From Candidatus Cloacimonadales bacterium (GTDB lineage Bacteria > Cloacimonadota > Cloacimonadia > Cloacimonadales > DAONDQ01), in the NCBI GenBank assembly GCA_963662275.1, contig OY759316.1, positions 96,001 through 160,000 of the forward strand: a stretch of DNA of 64,000 bases, read 5' to 3'. The notes under the pieces were generated by a model that was not told where the DNA came from, did not search any database, and saw nothing but the letters and a program-made list of their open reading frames with translations. How positions within the stretch are numbered: position 1 is the stretch's first letter; each line of letters starts with the position of its first letter. Below are positions 10,931 to 21,801 of the stretch, in pieces. The position numbers and the translations under genes were made by a program.

Positions 10931-13687
10931 TCAATTCATGAACATTGTCTTAGTTATGATTGATTTATCTTTCGTCTTCATTTGAATTAAATAAATACCT
11001 GAACCAACTGTCTTCCCTGTGACATCCTTACCATCCCAAGATGTATCTAATTTGCCTTTGGTAACGAGACCTGAATGCAAGTTACGCACTTTCTGCCCTC
11101 TAATATTGTAGACATCTATTTGCACATTCCCTGTTTTGGAAGTGTTGACAGTTATGTTGAGAGTTCGATAGAAGGGATTTGGATATGTTTTAACTGAAAT
11201 TACAGGAGCAACCCCAGGATTGTCCTGATTCATTGTAGATGTATCTAAATCAAAATAATCAAACATGATCGTATGCAGCATATCGTTAATACTCGGATTC
11301 TCTCCAGTGAGACCATTCAATTCAAAGGCAGATGCTATCGTTTTATAAGTATCTGTTTGGTGATAAATGCCGATGATATCAGAGTTCTCTGCAATAGCTG
11401 TTTTGAAAATTGGAAGATCATCTTCCTGGGACATAAATGGCTTATTCATCAAATTGTAGCCTGTGTAATTCCAAACATGACCGGAGGCAAGATCAAATCC
11501 ATAAATACTCTGAATATTTGCTAAATGTGAGAAGGGAGCAATTGCCATAAATTTATCGATAAACGCATTCTCCATATCTCCTGAGAACTGATCACCTTCC
11601 AGGTACACTTTACCACCGGCATCGAGATAATCTGACAATAATTGGCTTTCTTCCGGGTGATTGGAGAAGTAATATGTGTTTTCTGCAAAACCCGAAAGAA
11701 TAAAGATCGCTTTAAAGTTATTTAAGTATGAATAGTCAGGTATGAGTTTATCCGTATAGATGACATTCATTTCACTCACAGATCGAATCGCTTGGATAAG
11801 ATTTGAAGAGTGGGCATTCAAAGCCGGTTCCCAAACCAATACTTCTCCATCATTTGTAATAAAATCACTTTGATAGCCAATTGCAGGATCACCGAATAAA
11901 AGGTATGTATAGATATTCTGCAACTCAGGCCAGATAATGCCGTCAGAATCAACAGGATCACCAAATAGAAAATAATTGCTATACAGAAAATTCATATTAC
12001 CCAGCGATTGCCCAATAGTCTGGTGAAAATTGACATAATTCTCAAGAAAATAGTAATTATAGGAGTTTAGACCACCCCAACCGGGATTCTTCCAACCAAT
12101 CTTTCCCCAGCCTGTTCGAGTGGCTGCAATAGCAGCAACGGCTTTCTTTTGGAGTATTGTTTCACCTAATGAGATACCTTCCATATCGAGCATACCATTA
12201 TTACAAGAGGCGCAAAAATAGACGGAACCATCCTGGTTTGCCAGATTATCGAAAGTAGTTAAATTAACCAATCCATGCCATTCTGTTTCGCTATTTTGCG
12301 GAATACTATCAAGATTCGTATCCTCAACCCATAGTTTACGAGAAGATGACACACTACTTCCATGTGCTGCCCAGTCGACAATACCATAACTGTTTGTATT
12401 TAATAGATTTGTTAACTCGTCCTGATTTAATGGGTAATCCGAAGGCATTGAAGTAACTAATCCTTCCTGCTCATACATTGTCGTAACATCATTACTGTTA
12501 AAAATATGAGTCTTCGCAAATTCACCCCAAATATCGTTATTTGTCATTAGCCATGGGTTGCCGTTCTCTTGAGCATAATTCAGGATCGCTCCGGGAATAA
12601 GTACATGGTTTTTCCAATCTGCGGTTGTGTTTTCGAAGGCTATGATACGTGCTTCGACCTGGTTCACTCTTGTTGAATCATTAAAGGGAATTCTACCCAC
12701 ATACAGCTCAGGAGTGAAGTCAATACCGTAATCCTCATCTCCATTTCCCATCGAATATTCCCCTAAGATTCCATCATTATCGGTATCAAAATCAGAACTG
12801 AGATCGGAATAATAAAAATCAGAAGGAACCAAAACCGTGCTATTAGGTTCAGGTCCCAAATATTGAATTGGTATTGTATCCACGTCTCCCACAAGTAGAA
12901 GGTATGTGAAAGGAGAGGTTATATAAAGACTAACAAGGTAATTTCGTACTTTTTCTGCGTCATTAAAACCTTGTTGAGTTGCCCGGATGGAATCAACCGA
13001 TACCATCTGAACCTGCATTCCCTGTTGCTGGTGAAATTGTATTAAAGGCAGCAATGCAGGGAATAGGGTTTGCTTAGTAATTATTAAATAATCAAAATTG
13101 CGTAGTCCTGTATCGTGATAATTCAGACGCAAGGCTTCAGGATTAAGAAACTGACCTTCATTCCCATTAATGGATGGAGGAATCCTATTACTGGCAGTTT
13201 TCCCATTGAACGTATAATTTACATCAATTGAGAGATCAGTTATATTTTCCAAGGTACAAGCATTCTCATTGAAGGTATAAGGTAACACATCAAACCTGGC
13301 AAATGCTACATCTCCCCAATGACCAACCCCGACATATTTTATATGTTCTTTCTCGTGATTGTCATAATTCGATGATAGGTATTTTTTATCACCATAGAAA
13401 GGAGGGTTCTTTTCAGGAAATTTCGGTGAATTCATAGTCTCTTTTGAATAATTTGCCTTCCAACTGATATTAACTGCATTAGGAGGTAGAATTATATTCA
13501 CTCTCTTATGAGGTAACCGATAGCTGCCTGGAGCAGTTAAGGTACCGTATCCTTCCATGTTTATGGACACACTGTTAACGTTATTCTCTATTTGGATATC
13601 ATTTATCTTCATCAGGACAGTCGTTGTTTCTGACCAGGCTATAGAAGTAAAGACAGTTATAATGAGATACACTACAAACTTCTTCAA
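10931..13687 (-). CDS. Gingipain-like cysteine peptidase (family C25) with propeptide and FlgD-Ig C-terminal domain
   Basis: YLLLVGDVD, SDFYYSDL and ELYVGRIP motifs; putative catalytic His (WAAHG) and Cys (CASCNNG); LFGDP; C-terminal TYPNPF..YNIRGQKV..WDGKD. Confidence 0.88.
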   Translation of the reverse strand: MKKFVVYLIITVFTSIAWSETTTVLMKINDIQIENNVNSVSINMEGYGTLTAPGSYRLPHKRVNIILPPNAVNISWKANYSKETMNSPKFPEKNPPFYGDKKYLSSNYDNHEKEHIKYVGVGHWGDVAFARFDVLPYTFNENACTLENITDLSIDVNYTFNGKTASNRIPPSINGNEGQFLNPEALRLNYHDTGLRNFDYLIITKQTLFPALLPLIQFHQQQGMQVQMVSVDSIRATQQGFNDAEKVRNYLVSLYITSPFTYLLLVGDVDTIPIQYLGPEPNSTVLVPSDFYYSDLSSDFDTDNDGILGEYSMGNGDEDYGIDFTPELYVGRIPFNDSTRVNQVEARIIAFENTTADWKNHVLIPGAILNYAQENGNPWLMTNNDIWGEFAKTHIFNSNDVTTMYEQEGLVTSMPSDYPLNQDELTNLLNTNSYGIVDWAAHGSSVSSSRKLWVEDTNLDSIPQNSETEWHGLVNLTTFDNLANQDGSVYFCASCNNGMLDMEGISLGETILQKKAVAAIAATRTGWGKIGWKNPGWGGLNSYNYYFLENYVNFHQTIGQSLGNMNFLYSNYFLFGDPVDSDGIIWPELQNIYTYLLFGDPAIGYQSDFITNDGEVLVWEPALNAHSSNLIQAIRSVSEMNVIYTDKLIPDYSYLNNFKAIFILSGFAENTYYFSNHPEESQLLSDYLDAGGKVYLEGDQFSGDMENAFIDKFMAIAPFSHLANIQSIYGFDLASGHVWNYTGYNLMNKPFMSQEDDLPIFKTAIAENSDIIGIYHQTDTYKTIASAFELNGLTGENPSINDMLHTIMFDYFDLDTSTMNQDNPGVAPVISVKTYPNPFYRTLNITVNTSKTGNVQIDVYNIRGQKVRNLHSGLVTKGKLDTSWDGKDVTGKTVGSGIYLIQMKTKDKSIITKTMFMN

Positions 13688-13866
13688 TTTTTGCGCTCCT
13701 TTCTGGTCATATATGTGTATGACCTTATCTAATAATACGATGCAAGAAAATGACCATCTTTGAAAATAATATGAAAATCATGCTTGACATCATCATAAGT
13801 ATTATCAAATTAACGAAGAAGTAATTGCTCTTTCATGAATTGTATACCTAAAAGGAAAACCCGGTA

Positions 13867-14709
13867 GTGAAGAAAGTTAAGATAAAAAACAATATTGTCC
13901 AATCAATCAGGCAATCGATACATAGAAATAGAATCAAGAATTTCCATCCCAAAATCTCTCTGTATATTGAAAAACAGAACTATATCATTAAAACTGCGGA
14001 AAATACTGATGAACTGCAAAAAGCTCTTAGATTGCGGCATGATGTGTTTATTGAGGAGATTTTGCATAAAAAGAAATTACTGAAAACAGATATAGACAGA
14101 TTTGATAAAAAATGTGACCATCTTATTATCATTGATAAACAAACCAACCAGATTATCGGAACATATCGTCTGAATTCTTCCCTATATACGAAGAAATTTT
14201 ACTCAGCAACAGAATTTCATATGAAGCATATCCAAAAACTGCCTGGCAATAAATTAGAACTTGGTCGAGCATGTGTTCATAAGGATTATCGAAATGGCAT
14301 TACCATTTCTTTACTGTGGGAAGGTATCATGGCATATCTATTAAAAAGCGATACAAAATATATGTTTGGATGCTCCAGTGTCAAGACTATGGATAGAGAC
14401 AAAATACTGGGTATGATCCATTATTTTAAAGAAAAAGGGCATATGTCTGATTATACGAAAATCAGTCCTCGCGGTAAGTTTAAAATTCACGGAATCAAGA
14501 AATCCATCAAACTCAATAATTATGATAATCCTGAACAAGATATTAAGGCTAAAGAAATGGTTCCCTCTTTATTAAATTCATATCTGAAAGCCGGAGCAAA
14601 GATATGCGGAATACCTGCTTTGGATAGAAGTTTCCGTTGTGTTGATTTCCTGACACTTCTTGACGTGGAACAACTCAAACGATCTTATGATCGAAAATCG
14701 GAACGATGA
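13867..14709 (+). CDS. GNAT (Acetyltransf_5) N-acyltransferase, OlsB-like
   Basis: LRLRHDVF, DIDRFDKKCDHL, IGTYRL, LELGRACVHKDYR, YMFGCSS and PSLLNSYLKAGAKICG..D motifs. Confidence 0.82.
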   Translation: MKKVKIKNNIVQSIRQSIHRNRIKNFHPKISLYIEKQNYIIKTAENTDELQKALRLRHDVFIEEILHKKKLLKTDIDRFDKKCDHLIIIDKQTNQIIGTYRLNSSLYTKKFYSATEFHMKHIQKLPGNKLELGRACVHKDYRNGITISLLWEGIMAYLLKSDTKYMFGCSSVKTMDRDKILGMIHYFKEKGHMSDYTKISPRGKFKIHGIKKSIKLNNYDNPEQDIKAKEMVPSLLNSYLKAGAKICGIPALDRSFRCVDFLTLLDVEQLKRSYDRKSER

Positions 14710-15491
14710 CCTATTTTCTTAAACTGATAGCTGCTATATTCGAAATTATTAAATTCACATGTCGTGCCCTGACTATCAATTTATCTACTCATAATGCCCA
14801 TAAAAAACATATTCTCTTGATGCAAAATACTTCCCGAACAGGAAAAGCATTAGTTCGGATCATTGGGTTTAAACTGCACATAATCAACCCTGGAATCATA
14901 TCCAATTTCTCAAAACATAATCATTTATTCGTTGCTAACCATGTTTCCTATATGGATATTCCAATCTTAGCATCTATTTATCCGATGATCTTCATTACTT
15001 CCACGGATATGGGTAAAACTCCATTTTTGGGTCAGATCACACAGTTGGGTGGTAGTTTATATACCAATCGAACTCGTATCGCTACATTAAAGAATGAAGT
15101 GAGTAAAATTACGGCAGCATTACAGGATGGATTGGATCTTTCTCTTTTTCCCGAAGGAACAAGCTTTAACGGAGAGACTATCTATCCATTTAAGAAATCT
15201 TTGTTTGAAGTAGCAATACGCTCTAAAACACCAATTCAACCTATATGCATTAAATATCTATCAATAGATGGAAAAACATTTGGATTAGCAAATCGAGACC
15301 AAGTATGCTGGTATGGTGATATGGCATTTGTTCCTCATTTCCCGAATATGCTGAAACTCAAGGAAATCAAAGTTGAGATTACATTATTGGATGAAATACC
15401 TATTGAAGAAGGTATGGATAGACAAATTCTGAGTGAAATGACTTATCAGAAAATCATGGATGTGTTTAAGACTTATCCGTCACTCGTCTGA
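14706..15491 (+). CDS. Lysophospholipid/lyso-ornithine-lipid acyltransferase (PlsC/OlsA family)
   Basis: NHVSYMD (HX4D), FPEGT and VCWYGDMAF motifs; 4-bp overlap with the upstream gene. Confidence 0.85.
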   Translation: MTYFLKLIAAIFEIIKFTCRALTINLSTHNAHKKHILLMQNTSRTGKALVRIIGFKLHIINPGIISNFSKHNHLFVANHVSYMDIPILASIYPMIFITSTDMGKTPFLGQITQLGGSLYTNRTRIATLKNEVSKITAALQDGLDLSLFPEGTSFNGETIYPFKKSLFEVAIRSKTPIQPICIKYLSIDGKTFGLANRDQVCWYGDMAFVPHFPNMLKLKEIKVEITLLDEIPIEEGMDRQILSEMTYQKIMDVFKTYPSLV

Positions 15492-15542
15492 AGTTTGAAC
15501 TTCCCCCTGTAATCTGAACCTAGTGCCCAACACCTTCTGCCA

Positions 15543-17603
15543 TTACCACAGTCCCTTTTTATAATTAAACGTCGAACTGTTCTTCCACTTCAATCCTTGC
15601 TGATAGGAATCTACAATCTCACTTAATTCGTCTTTATTTGGTTCCATAAATGAAAGATCGATCAGGAAACGCGAATATCCATATTCTTCTATCTTATTAC
15701 GATATTGGAAAACCGAAACTGCTTCCTGGGGGATCACAAATGTCCAGCCTTTTCGCGTAAGAACCTGGTATTGTCTATCCGCATCTGAGAATTTCTGTTT
15801 CAAATGCACAGGTTGACGGGAATAGAATAACTGAGGATGGAAGAATAATGGTACAATACCGCCTTTGTTTCGATAATGCATCAAATTAGGTATGTCATTC
15901 TCAAGCGGATAGATAAACCCTTTCACATCTTGGTCAGCGTAGAAATTGATGGCAGCATCATTCATGCAATATACCCATTCATTCGCCATGATATCCAGCT
16001 TACTAAGTTCAGAAAATAGCAGCATTTGGGAAATATGACTAATCAGGAATTTACGATAACCGTCGTTAACAAGTGCTTGTAATTGGCTTTTTATACTATG
16101 AAGAGCTTTCTCTTGGATAAAACGTGGCAATTCAATCCTAGTTTGATTTTTCGAGTAACAGCTTGGAATGTTGGCATCTTCCAATATGGAAAGGGGTACG
16201 AATATTTCTTCGCAATTAATTGTCTGCAAATAATCAAACCAGTCTTTATCATCGATTCGGAAATACAAACCTTGCTTTGTAATGAAATTACGTATTTTGC
16301 ACATCTGTTCCATTACTTGCCGAAACTGCGGTGAGAGAGGTTTCAGATGAATTGGTTTACGATACGGTATCTTCAGTTTTGGTTTAAAAGAGCTTTTATC
16401 GGTCAGGAAGACAGTATTTCCAACTGAGTATTTACCTTCCGGAATAGGCAATGAGACAATTTCTTCCGATTTCGCTATTTCTACTTTTTTCCCATCCACT
16501 TCCATCATTGATGCTGGAAATGAAGGTCTATCTTCTCCAGATGAAGGAAGAATACGCAATGTATCTCCTGGATGAATAGATTGAGACAGTTTGAATGAAA
16601 TTTTATCTTTTGATAGCTCTGCTACATAACCAATGGGCAGTCCTGTGAAGGGAAATTCAGCTATGTTATTTGCGAGAGGGCTTTGCATAAAATAGGCAGT
16701 TCTTTCCCTATTCAATCCTTCATTCAAGATGATCTTAGCCTCCGCTAGCTGTTCTGGGTGATCAATCACCATACGATAGGCTTTTGCTGCAGAATAGACA
16801 TAGTCAGCACGCTTCATCCTGCCTTCTATCTTCAAAGCATGTATTCCAATCTTCATTAGTTGCGGGATCATTTCGATCAATTGCAAGTCTTTCAGGTTGA
16901 ACCAGTATTTTTCACTACTTTCGGATGAATATAATCGTCGACATGGCTGTTTACATAAACCACGATTGGCACTCATACCACCTGCATAACTGGAGAACAG
17001 GCAGCCTCCTGAAAAGGAATAACACAATGCTCCGTGAACAAAAAGTTCCAGATCAATCTGGCTGAGATGCCTGATCTCCTGCAATTCAGGAAATGTCAGC
17101 TCACGAGCCATGATGATTCGTTCTAATCCAGCCCTTTTAGAAAACTGCGCCCCAACAGAATTATGTAATCCCATTTGGGTACTGCCATGTAATGGTATCC
17201 TGGACAGCTTATGAATCAGGTTAAATACTCCCCAATCCTGGACAATAATGGCATCTGGAGGATACGAATTCAGATATTGCACAATCTCCAGTAATTGTCT
17301 AATTTCCGCATTTTTAATCAGTGTATTTAAAGTAAGATAGACTTTCACTTGATTTTGATGCGCAATTTCCACTAATGGTTGCAAATCTTCCACATGAAAG
17401 TTCTTTGCCCGATTCCTGGCATTGAATTTCTCCAAGCCCAAGTATACAGCATCAGCTCCACCTTCTATCGCAGCAGCGAATGCTTCCCGACTGCCAGCTG
17501 GAAGCAGGAGTTCGGGCTTTGAGTTGCCGAATTCCGATTCGGCAATCTTCTTCTGGTTGCTGAATCCTTCTCTGGAGAACTTGTTCTGTCTGTATTTATG
17601 CAT
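15543..17603 (-). CDS. Peptidase U32 family protein (RlhA-like RNA hydroxylase)
   Basis: PELLLPAGS, GADAVYLG, HGSTQ, ELFVHGALCYSFSGGC, NRGLCKQPCR and LKIEGRMK motifs; long C-terminal extension as in RlhA. Confidence 0.85.
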   Translation of the reverse strand: MHKYRQNKFSREGFSNQKKIAESEFGNSKPELLLPAGSREAFAAAIEGGADAVYLGLEKFNARNRAKNFHVEDLQPLVEIAHQNQVKVYLTLNTLIKNAEIRQLLEIVQYLNSYPPDAIIVQDWGVFNLIHKLSRIPLHGSTQMGLHNSVGAQFSKRAGLERIIMARELTFPELQEIRHLSQIDLELFVHGALCYSFSGGCLFSSYAGGMSANRGLCKQPCRRLYSSESSEKYWFNLKDLQLIEMIPQLMKIGIHALKIEGRMKRADYVYSAAKAYRMVIDHPEQLAEAKIILNEGLNRERTAYFMQSPLANNIAEFPFTGLPIGYVAELSKDKISFKLSQSIHPGDTLRILPSSGEDRPSFPASMMEVDGKKVEIAKSEEIVSLPIPEGKYSVGNTVFLTDKSSFKPKLKIPYRKPIHLKPLSPQFRQVMEQMCKIRNFITKQGLYFRIDDKDWFDYLQTINCEEIFVPLSILEDANIPSCYSKNQTRIELPRFIQEKALHSIKSQLQALVNDGYRKFLISHISQMLLFSELSKLDIMANEWVYCMNDAAINFYADQDVKGFIYPLENDIPNLMHYRNKGGIVPLFFHPQLFYSRQPVHLKQKFSDADRQYQVLTRKGWTFVIPQEAVSVFQYRNKIEEYGYSRFLIDLSFMEPNKDELSEIVDSYQQGLKWKNSSTFNYKKGLW

Positions 17604-17869
17604 TTATCTTCCTCATATTAACTCTACAACGTATTATATATAATATGAGCAAGGAATTTTTTATTACCTTTAATGATAAAGGAAGGGAGATCAGTCAAAT
17701 TTCCTCTAGTTATGATGAGATGTTATAGTCATTGATTTCATCGTAGGGCGTGCCGAAGTAAACCCTTCCTGGGAAAATGTAGGGGTTTGCGGCAGTAAAC
17801 CCATCTGTGTACATGAGTCCATGAGGATGGCACGATATAATACATTCTCTATTTATAAGTCTCATGGAA

Positions 17870-17973
17870 GATAAAAAATACATAAAAGAAATAAAAACTA
17901 AAGAAAATCTAAGGATAATCTAAAAAAGTCTAGATGATCCCTAGATGATCCCTAGATAATGCCTAGATGAAAC
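17870..17973. repeat. 11-bp-period degenerate tandem repeat (CTAGATGATCC-type) in a divergent intergenic region
   Basis: ctagatgatcc at 17930 and 17941, ctagataatgc at 17952, ctagatgaaac at 17963; decays leftwards into A-rich units. Confidence 0.65.
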
Positions 17974-18239
17974 CCAGCTCAAAAAGAAAGTGCGAAGTGT
18001 GAAGTAGGAATTGCTAAATTCATAGCAGTGAAAAGCTGATTTTCCTATCATAAATCCCTTTTTTTACATATTCCATCTACCATATCTGCGCTGAATTTGT
18101 CAGTTATTTCCTGAGACCTGAAACCTGGAAGCCTTTTTTTTGTTGCCAAATTCGCAACAATAGCAAAAAAGGATAATTCGAGATTAATTAATCTGGGAAA
18201 ATATTGGAAAGAAATAGAAAAACAGGGAAAGCAGGTTGC

Positions 18240-19247
18240 ATGAATAGATTTGATCTCAGTTCCAAACGAAAAAAATCACTAGTTGAAATACCAGATGGAA
18301 TTGGTGTCTTTTTTTTCTCAGATGGAACACACATATTATATACAGGGAAAACTGCAAATCTAAAACGCACACTTGCTCAAATTCTCTATGCTCCTGATCC
18401 CGAGCCAAAACTGAAGGCAATGCTGGATACAGCAAAAGTATTGGAATGGGAAACTAAAGAGACGCTAATCGAGTGTCTTTTATGGCAGAAGCGGGTCTTC
18501 AACAGTACGGTACCTTTACTTCAAGCAAAGATAAGGTCATCTGATGATTACTGTTATCTCGCGATTAATTTTGAACAACCACCCTTCGTATGTGCCAGTG
18601 AATATACCGGTAATGCGGATTGTTATATTGGTCCATTTCGCGATCGTTTCTATTTGTATGATCTGATGGAGATTGTCTCTGAAATACTGCGCTTGCCGAT
18701 ATGCCCCCTGGACGAATATCCATGTGAACGTATGCATAATGATCTTTGTCCCGGATATTGCCTGGAGGAAGATAATACAAAACTGACTCACTTGATTCGC
18801 CAGACTTATCTCATTCCGACACCAATACTAGTGCATTCATTAAAGACAAAATATGATAAACTTTTTGATGATTTGGAGTTTGAGGAAGCGGATCGGATGC
18901 AATGGAAGATGGTTCAGCTTCGCAAGTATTATGATTATCTGAAGTTCTTTTATATTTCCAAGAATATGAACCTTGTGCTTTCAGATGCAAGCGGTACATA
19001 TCATATCATAAATGGGCTATTAGATTCTTTTAAAAGTACTGAAGGCATGGAAGAGAAATTTACCGTAGTCAATAATACCCAATATCGAGATACAGAATAT
19101 CTTGCCATAAATAAAGAGCAGCTTGATGAAATGTGGATTTTGTACCAACATGCGAAGCAGATACAGCCTGATTTGATCGAAGATATTTATGCGAATTCAC
19201 TGAAAGCAGGATTGGAATTAATTACTCATAAACAAATAGAGGATTAA
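18240..19247 (+). CDS. UvrC N-terminal/Cho-like protein (degenerate GIY-YIG, Cys cluster, UVR motif)
   Basis: GVFFFSDGTHILYTGKTANLKR, YIGPF, C-x6-C-x7-C-x3-C and LEFEEADRM motifs; lacks the UvrC RNase H and HhH half. ATG 18240 preferred over TTG 18204. Confidence 0.7.
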   Translation: MNRFDLSSKRKKSLVEIPDGIGVFFFSDGTHILYTGKTANLKRTLAQILYAPDPEPKLKAMLDTAKVLEWETKETLIECLLWQKRVFNSTVPLLQAKIRSSDDYCYLAINFEQPPFVCASEYTGNADCYIGPFRDRFYLYDLMEIVSEILRLPICPLDEYPCERMHNDLCPGYCLEEDNTKLTHLIRQTYLIPTPILVHSLKTKYDKLFDDLEFEEADRMQWKMVQLRKYYDYLKFFYISKNMNLVLSDASGTYHIINGLLDSFKSTEGMEEKFTVVNNTQYRDTEYLAINKEQLDEMWILYQHAKQIQPDLIEDIYANSLKAGLELITHKQIED

Positions 19248-19256
19248 GGAGTACTC

Positions 19257-20144
19257 ATGAGCCAAAACATAGCAGAACTACCCATTGTGAAAAGAACATA
19301 TAATGGTAAAGTACGCGATATTTATGACTTGGGAGATACTTTGCTGATCGTCACTTCAGACCGGGTATCAGCTTTTGATGTTGTTTTTCCGAATCTAATC
19401 ACAGGCAAAGGCAAGATTCTAAATCAAATATCCGTTTATTTCTTTGAAAAGACAAAACATATTATCCAAAATCATTTCATTACAGATAAAGTGGAAGAAT
19501 ATCCTTCTGAACTTCATCCCTTCAAAGCAGAAATTGAAGGAAGGAGTATGCTCGTAAAAAAGACACGCGTCTTACCCTTTGAATGCATCGTCCGTGGTTA
19601 TATATCTGGTTCAGCCTGGCAGGAATATAAGCGTTTCGGCACAGTACATAATATGATTATGCCTGATGGTTTGAAAGAAAGTCAACGTTTCCCAAAAGCA
19701 CTTTTCACACCTTCAACAAAAGCAGTTGATGGTCATGATGAGAATATCTCTTATCATGAAATGGCTTCACGAATAGATGAACTAATTGCTGAACGTCTCA
19801 AAAATGTATCACTAGCTCTATTTAAATATGCTCATGATTTCCTGAAAGGAAAGCATATCTTATTAGCTGATACTAAATTTGAATTCGGAACTATAGGATC
19901 AGAGATTTATTTGATTGATGAAGTATTCACACCTGATTCTTCACGTTTATGGGATGCACATGAATATGTAGCAGGAATTGCGCAAACCAGTCTTGATAAA
20001 CAATTTATTCGCGATTATGTACAACAGATTGGATGGGATAAAGAACCTCCAGCACCTGAATTACCTTTAGAAGTAATCAAGGCTACTCTTTCCAAATATA
20101 AAGAAGCATATCATCGGATAACCGGAGAGAATAAATTCTTATGA
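19257..20144 (+). CDS. purC: Phosphoribosylaminoimidazole-succinocarboxamide (SAICAR) synthase
   Basis: GKVRDIY, SDRVSAFDV, ECIVRGY, ADTKFEFG, DEVFTPDSSR and DKQFIRD motifs. Confidence 0.97.
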   Translation: MSQNIAELPIVKRTYNGKVRDIYDLGDTLLIVTSDRVSAFDVVFPNLITGKGKILNQISVYFFEKTKHIIQNHFITDKVEEYPSELHPFKAEIEGRSMLVKKTRVLPFECIVRGYISGSAWQEYKRFGTVHNMIMPDGLKESQRFPKALFTPSTKAVDGHDENISYHEMASRIDELIAERLKNVSLALFKYAHDFLKGKHILLADTKFEFGTIGSEIYLIDEVFTPDSSRLWDAHEYVAGIAQTSLDKQFIRDYVQQIGWDKEPPAPELPLEVIKATLSKYKEAYHRITGENKFL

Positions 20145-20536
20145 GATATAAAATTGTGATCGTTGATGACGAAATAGAATTGATAAAGAACCTGAAGTAT
20201 GAACTAGAAGATCTTGATAAAAATCTTGAAGTGACGTATTTTACTTCCGGATATGCAGCTCTTAATACTGTGATGCAGGGAAAAACTGATCTTGTCCTCT
20301 CTGATATTGCTATGCCGGACATGGATGGATTCGAACTCTATTCCCGTATCAAAGAGTATGATACAAATATTCCCATCATCTTGATGACGGGTTTTGGCTA
20401 TGATCCAAATCATGTTGTTGTACGTACAAAACGCGAAGGTCCTGTTGACATTATTCCTAAACCATTCATCACTGAAAATCTATTCGGGTTATTATTAAAA
20501 CGTCTGAAAGAACGTAAGGCTACCAAAGAAGATTAA
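20141..20536 (+). CDS. Single-domain response regulator (REC)
   Basis: VIVDDE, SDIAMPDMDG (phospho-Asp), LMTG and PKPF motifs. Confidence 0.9.
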   Translation: MRYKIVIVDDEIELIKNLKYELEDLDKNLEVTYFTSGYAALNTVMQGKTDLVLSDIAMPDMDGFELYSRIKEYDTNIPIILMTGFGYDPNHVVVRTKREGPVDIIPKPFITENLFGLLLKRLKERKATKED

Positions 20537-20598
20537 CATGGAAGATACACCCACTGATTTGATTCCTGTGTGAATGATCGGTGTCAAGTAGTTCTATC

Positions 20599-21549
20599 AT
20601 GAAGTATAAAGCTATCTTTGTTGCTGTTTTTCTACTCATTATCTCCATATCCCTCTCTGCCATACAATTTACCCGGATTCACGGCACAAATGTTGTCTTT
20701 TATTGCCAGGCGAAGGATATAAAGTATGCTCATTTCCTATTGCAGAAAACTGATGATAAAATCAGCAACTTCCAGGAATCCATGGGTTTTTATCCTGATA
20801 AACCCCTAGCTGTCATTATTGCACCGGATAAGGAATATTACAATCACATCGCAAGGAAACTGGGATCAATTGGAGAAGAAAGCAGGGCATTATTCACTTC
20901 AGAGCATAATATTGTCTATATTCGAAGTCCAAGGGATGGAAATTCCTTTCAAGGAATTGTATACACTTTATTGCATGAGTATATACATTATTTCGTTAGT
21001 TTGAGCTATTATGATGCTCCTCTCTGGTTTCATGAAGGGATGGCAGTTTACTTTTCCGGGCAATACAATTGGGAGATGGGTTATGTCCTGGCGAAATCCT
21101 ATCTGCTTGGGACAGCACAACCTCTCAGTGCGATGAATCAATATCCGGCTAATCGACTTGAGTGGCAGTCTTTCTATGCAAAATCTGCGATGGCTGTCAG
21201 ATATTTATCCATGGAACATCGTGAACAATTTACCAGGTTCTGGCAATTATCCAACCGTACACATTCTTATCCAACCGCATTCTACCAGGCATTCTATCAT
21301 ACTGTAGAGTCCTTTAATAAAGAAGCTGATGATGCAATAAAAAGAGATATGATCGGCTACATGATCATGGTGATTTCCGGTCTGATTTGGGCTGCTTTAC
21401 CTATCGTGCTTGTTTTTGGATACTTTCGGAAAAGAACCTATCCTAAGGATGCAGATGAAGATTTTGAAAAACAAGCCATTGAAAATGGTGAGGATTATTG
21501 GAATCAACCGATTGAATCGGAGGAGAAGCCGGAAGAAGGTGACAGGTAA
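20599..21549 (+). CDS. Membrane-anchored peptidase MA-like zinc metalloprotease
   Basis: Signal peptide, HEYIH (HExxH), PLWFHEGMAVYFS, C-terminal transmembrane helix. ATG 20599 preferred over GTG 20581. Confidence 0.78.
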   Translation: MKYKAIFVAVFLLIISISLSAIQFTRIHGTNVVFYCQAKDIKYAHFLLQKTDDKISNFQESMGFYPDKPLAVIIAPDKEYYNHIARKLGSIGEESRALFTSEHNIVYIRSPRDGNSFQGIVYTLLHEYIHYFVSLSYYDAPLWFHEGMAVYFSGQYNWEMGYVLAKSYLLGTAQPLSAMNQYPANRLEWQSFYAKSAMAVRYLSMEHREQFTRFWQLSNRTHSYPTAFYQAFYHTVESFNKEADDAIKRDMIGYMIMVISGLIWAALPIVLVFGYFRKRTYPKDADEDFEKQAIENGEDYWNQPIESEEKPEEGDR

Positions 21550-21597
21550 CAGGTAACAGGTGATAGTGAGGGAATAGGTGGTAGGGCGATTTCGACA

Positions 21598-21628
21598 ATC
21601 CTCCCTTGAGAAGGGGGGTAGGGGGGTC
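21598..21628. repeat. REP-like palindromic repeat (GACCCCCCTACCCCCCTTCTCAAGGGGGGA family, reverse orientation)
   Basis: Near-identical copies at 30943-30972, 31294-31324 (rc), 40568-40597, 48405-48434 and 48462-48492 (rc). Confidence 0.85.
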
Positions 21629-21801
21629 TCTTTCTGAGAGTTATTTGAAGCACTATTTTACATTCCCTACATCTTCTGCAAATAAGAATGAGTTTAATTC
21701 TTCTATTTTCAATACTCGCACTTTTACATCTAACTCCGCACTCTCCCTCTCTTTGGATAAAGAGAGGGATTAAGGGTGAGTTTGATTCCCTATTTCCTTA
21801 T

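Noticed and set aside
18240..19247. Canonical uvrC
   Set aside because: The C-terminal RNase H-like and HhH domains are missing and the GIY-YIG residues are degenerate.
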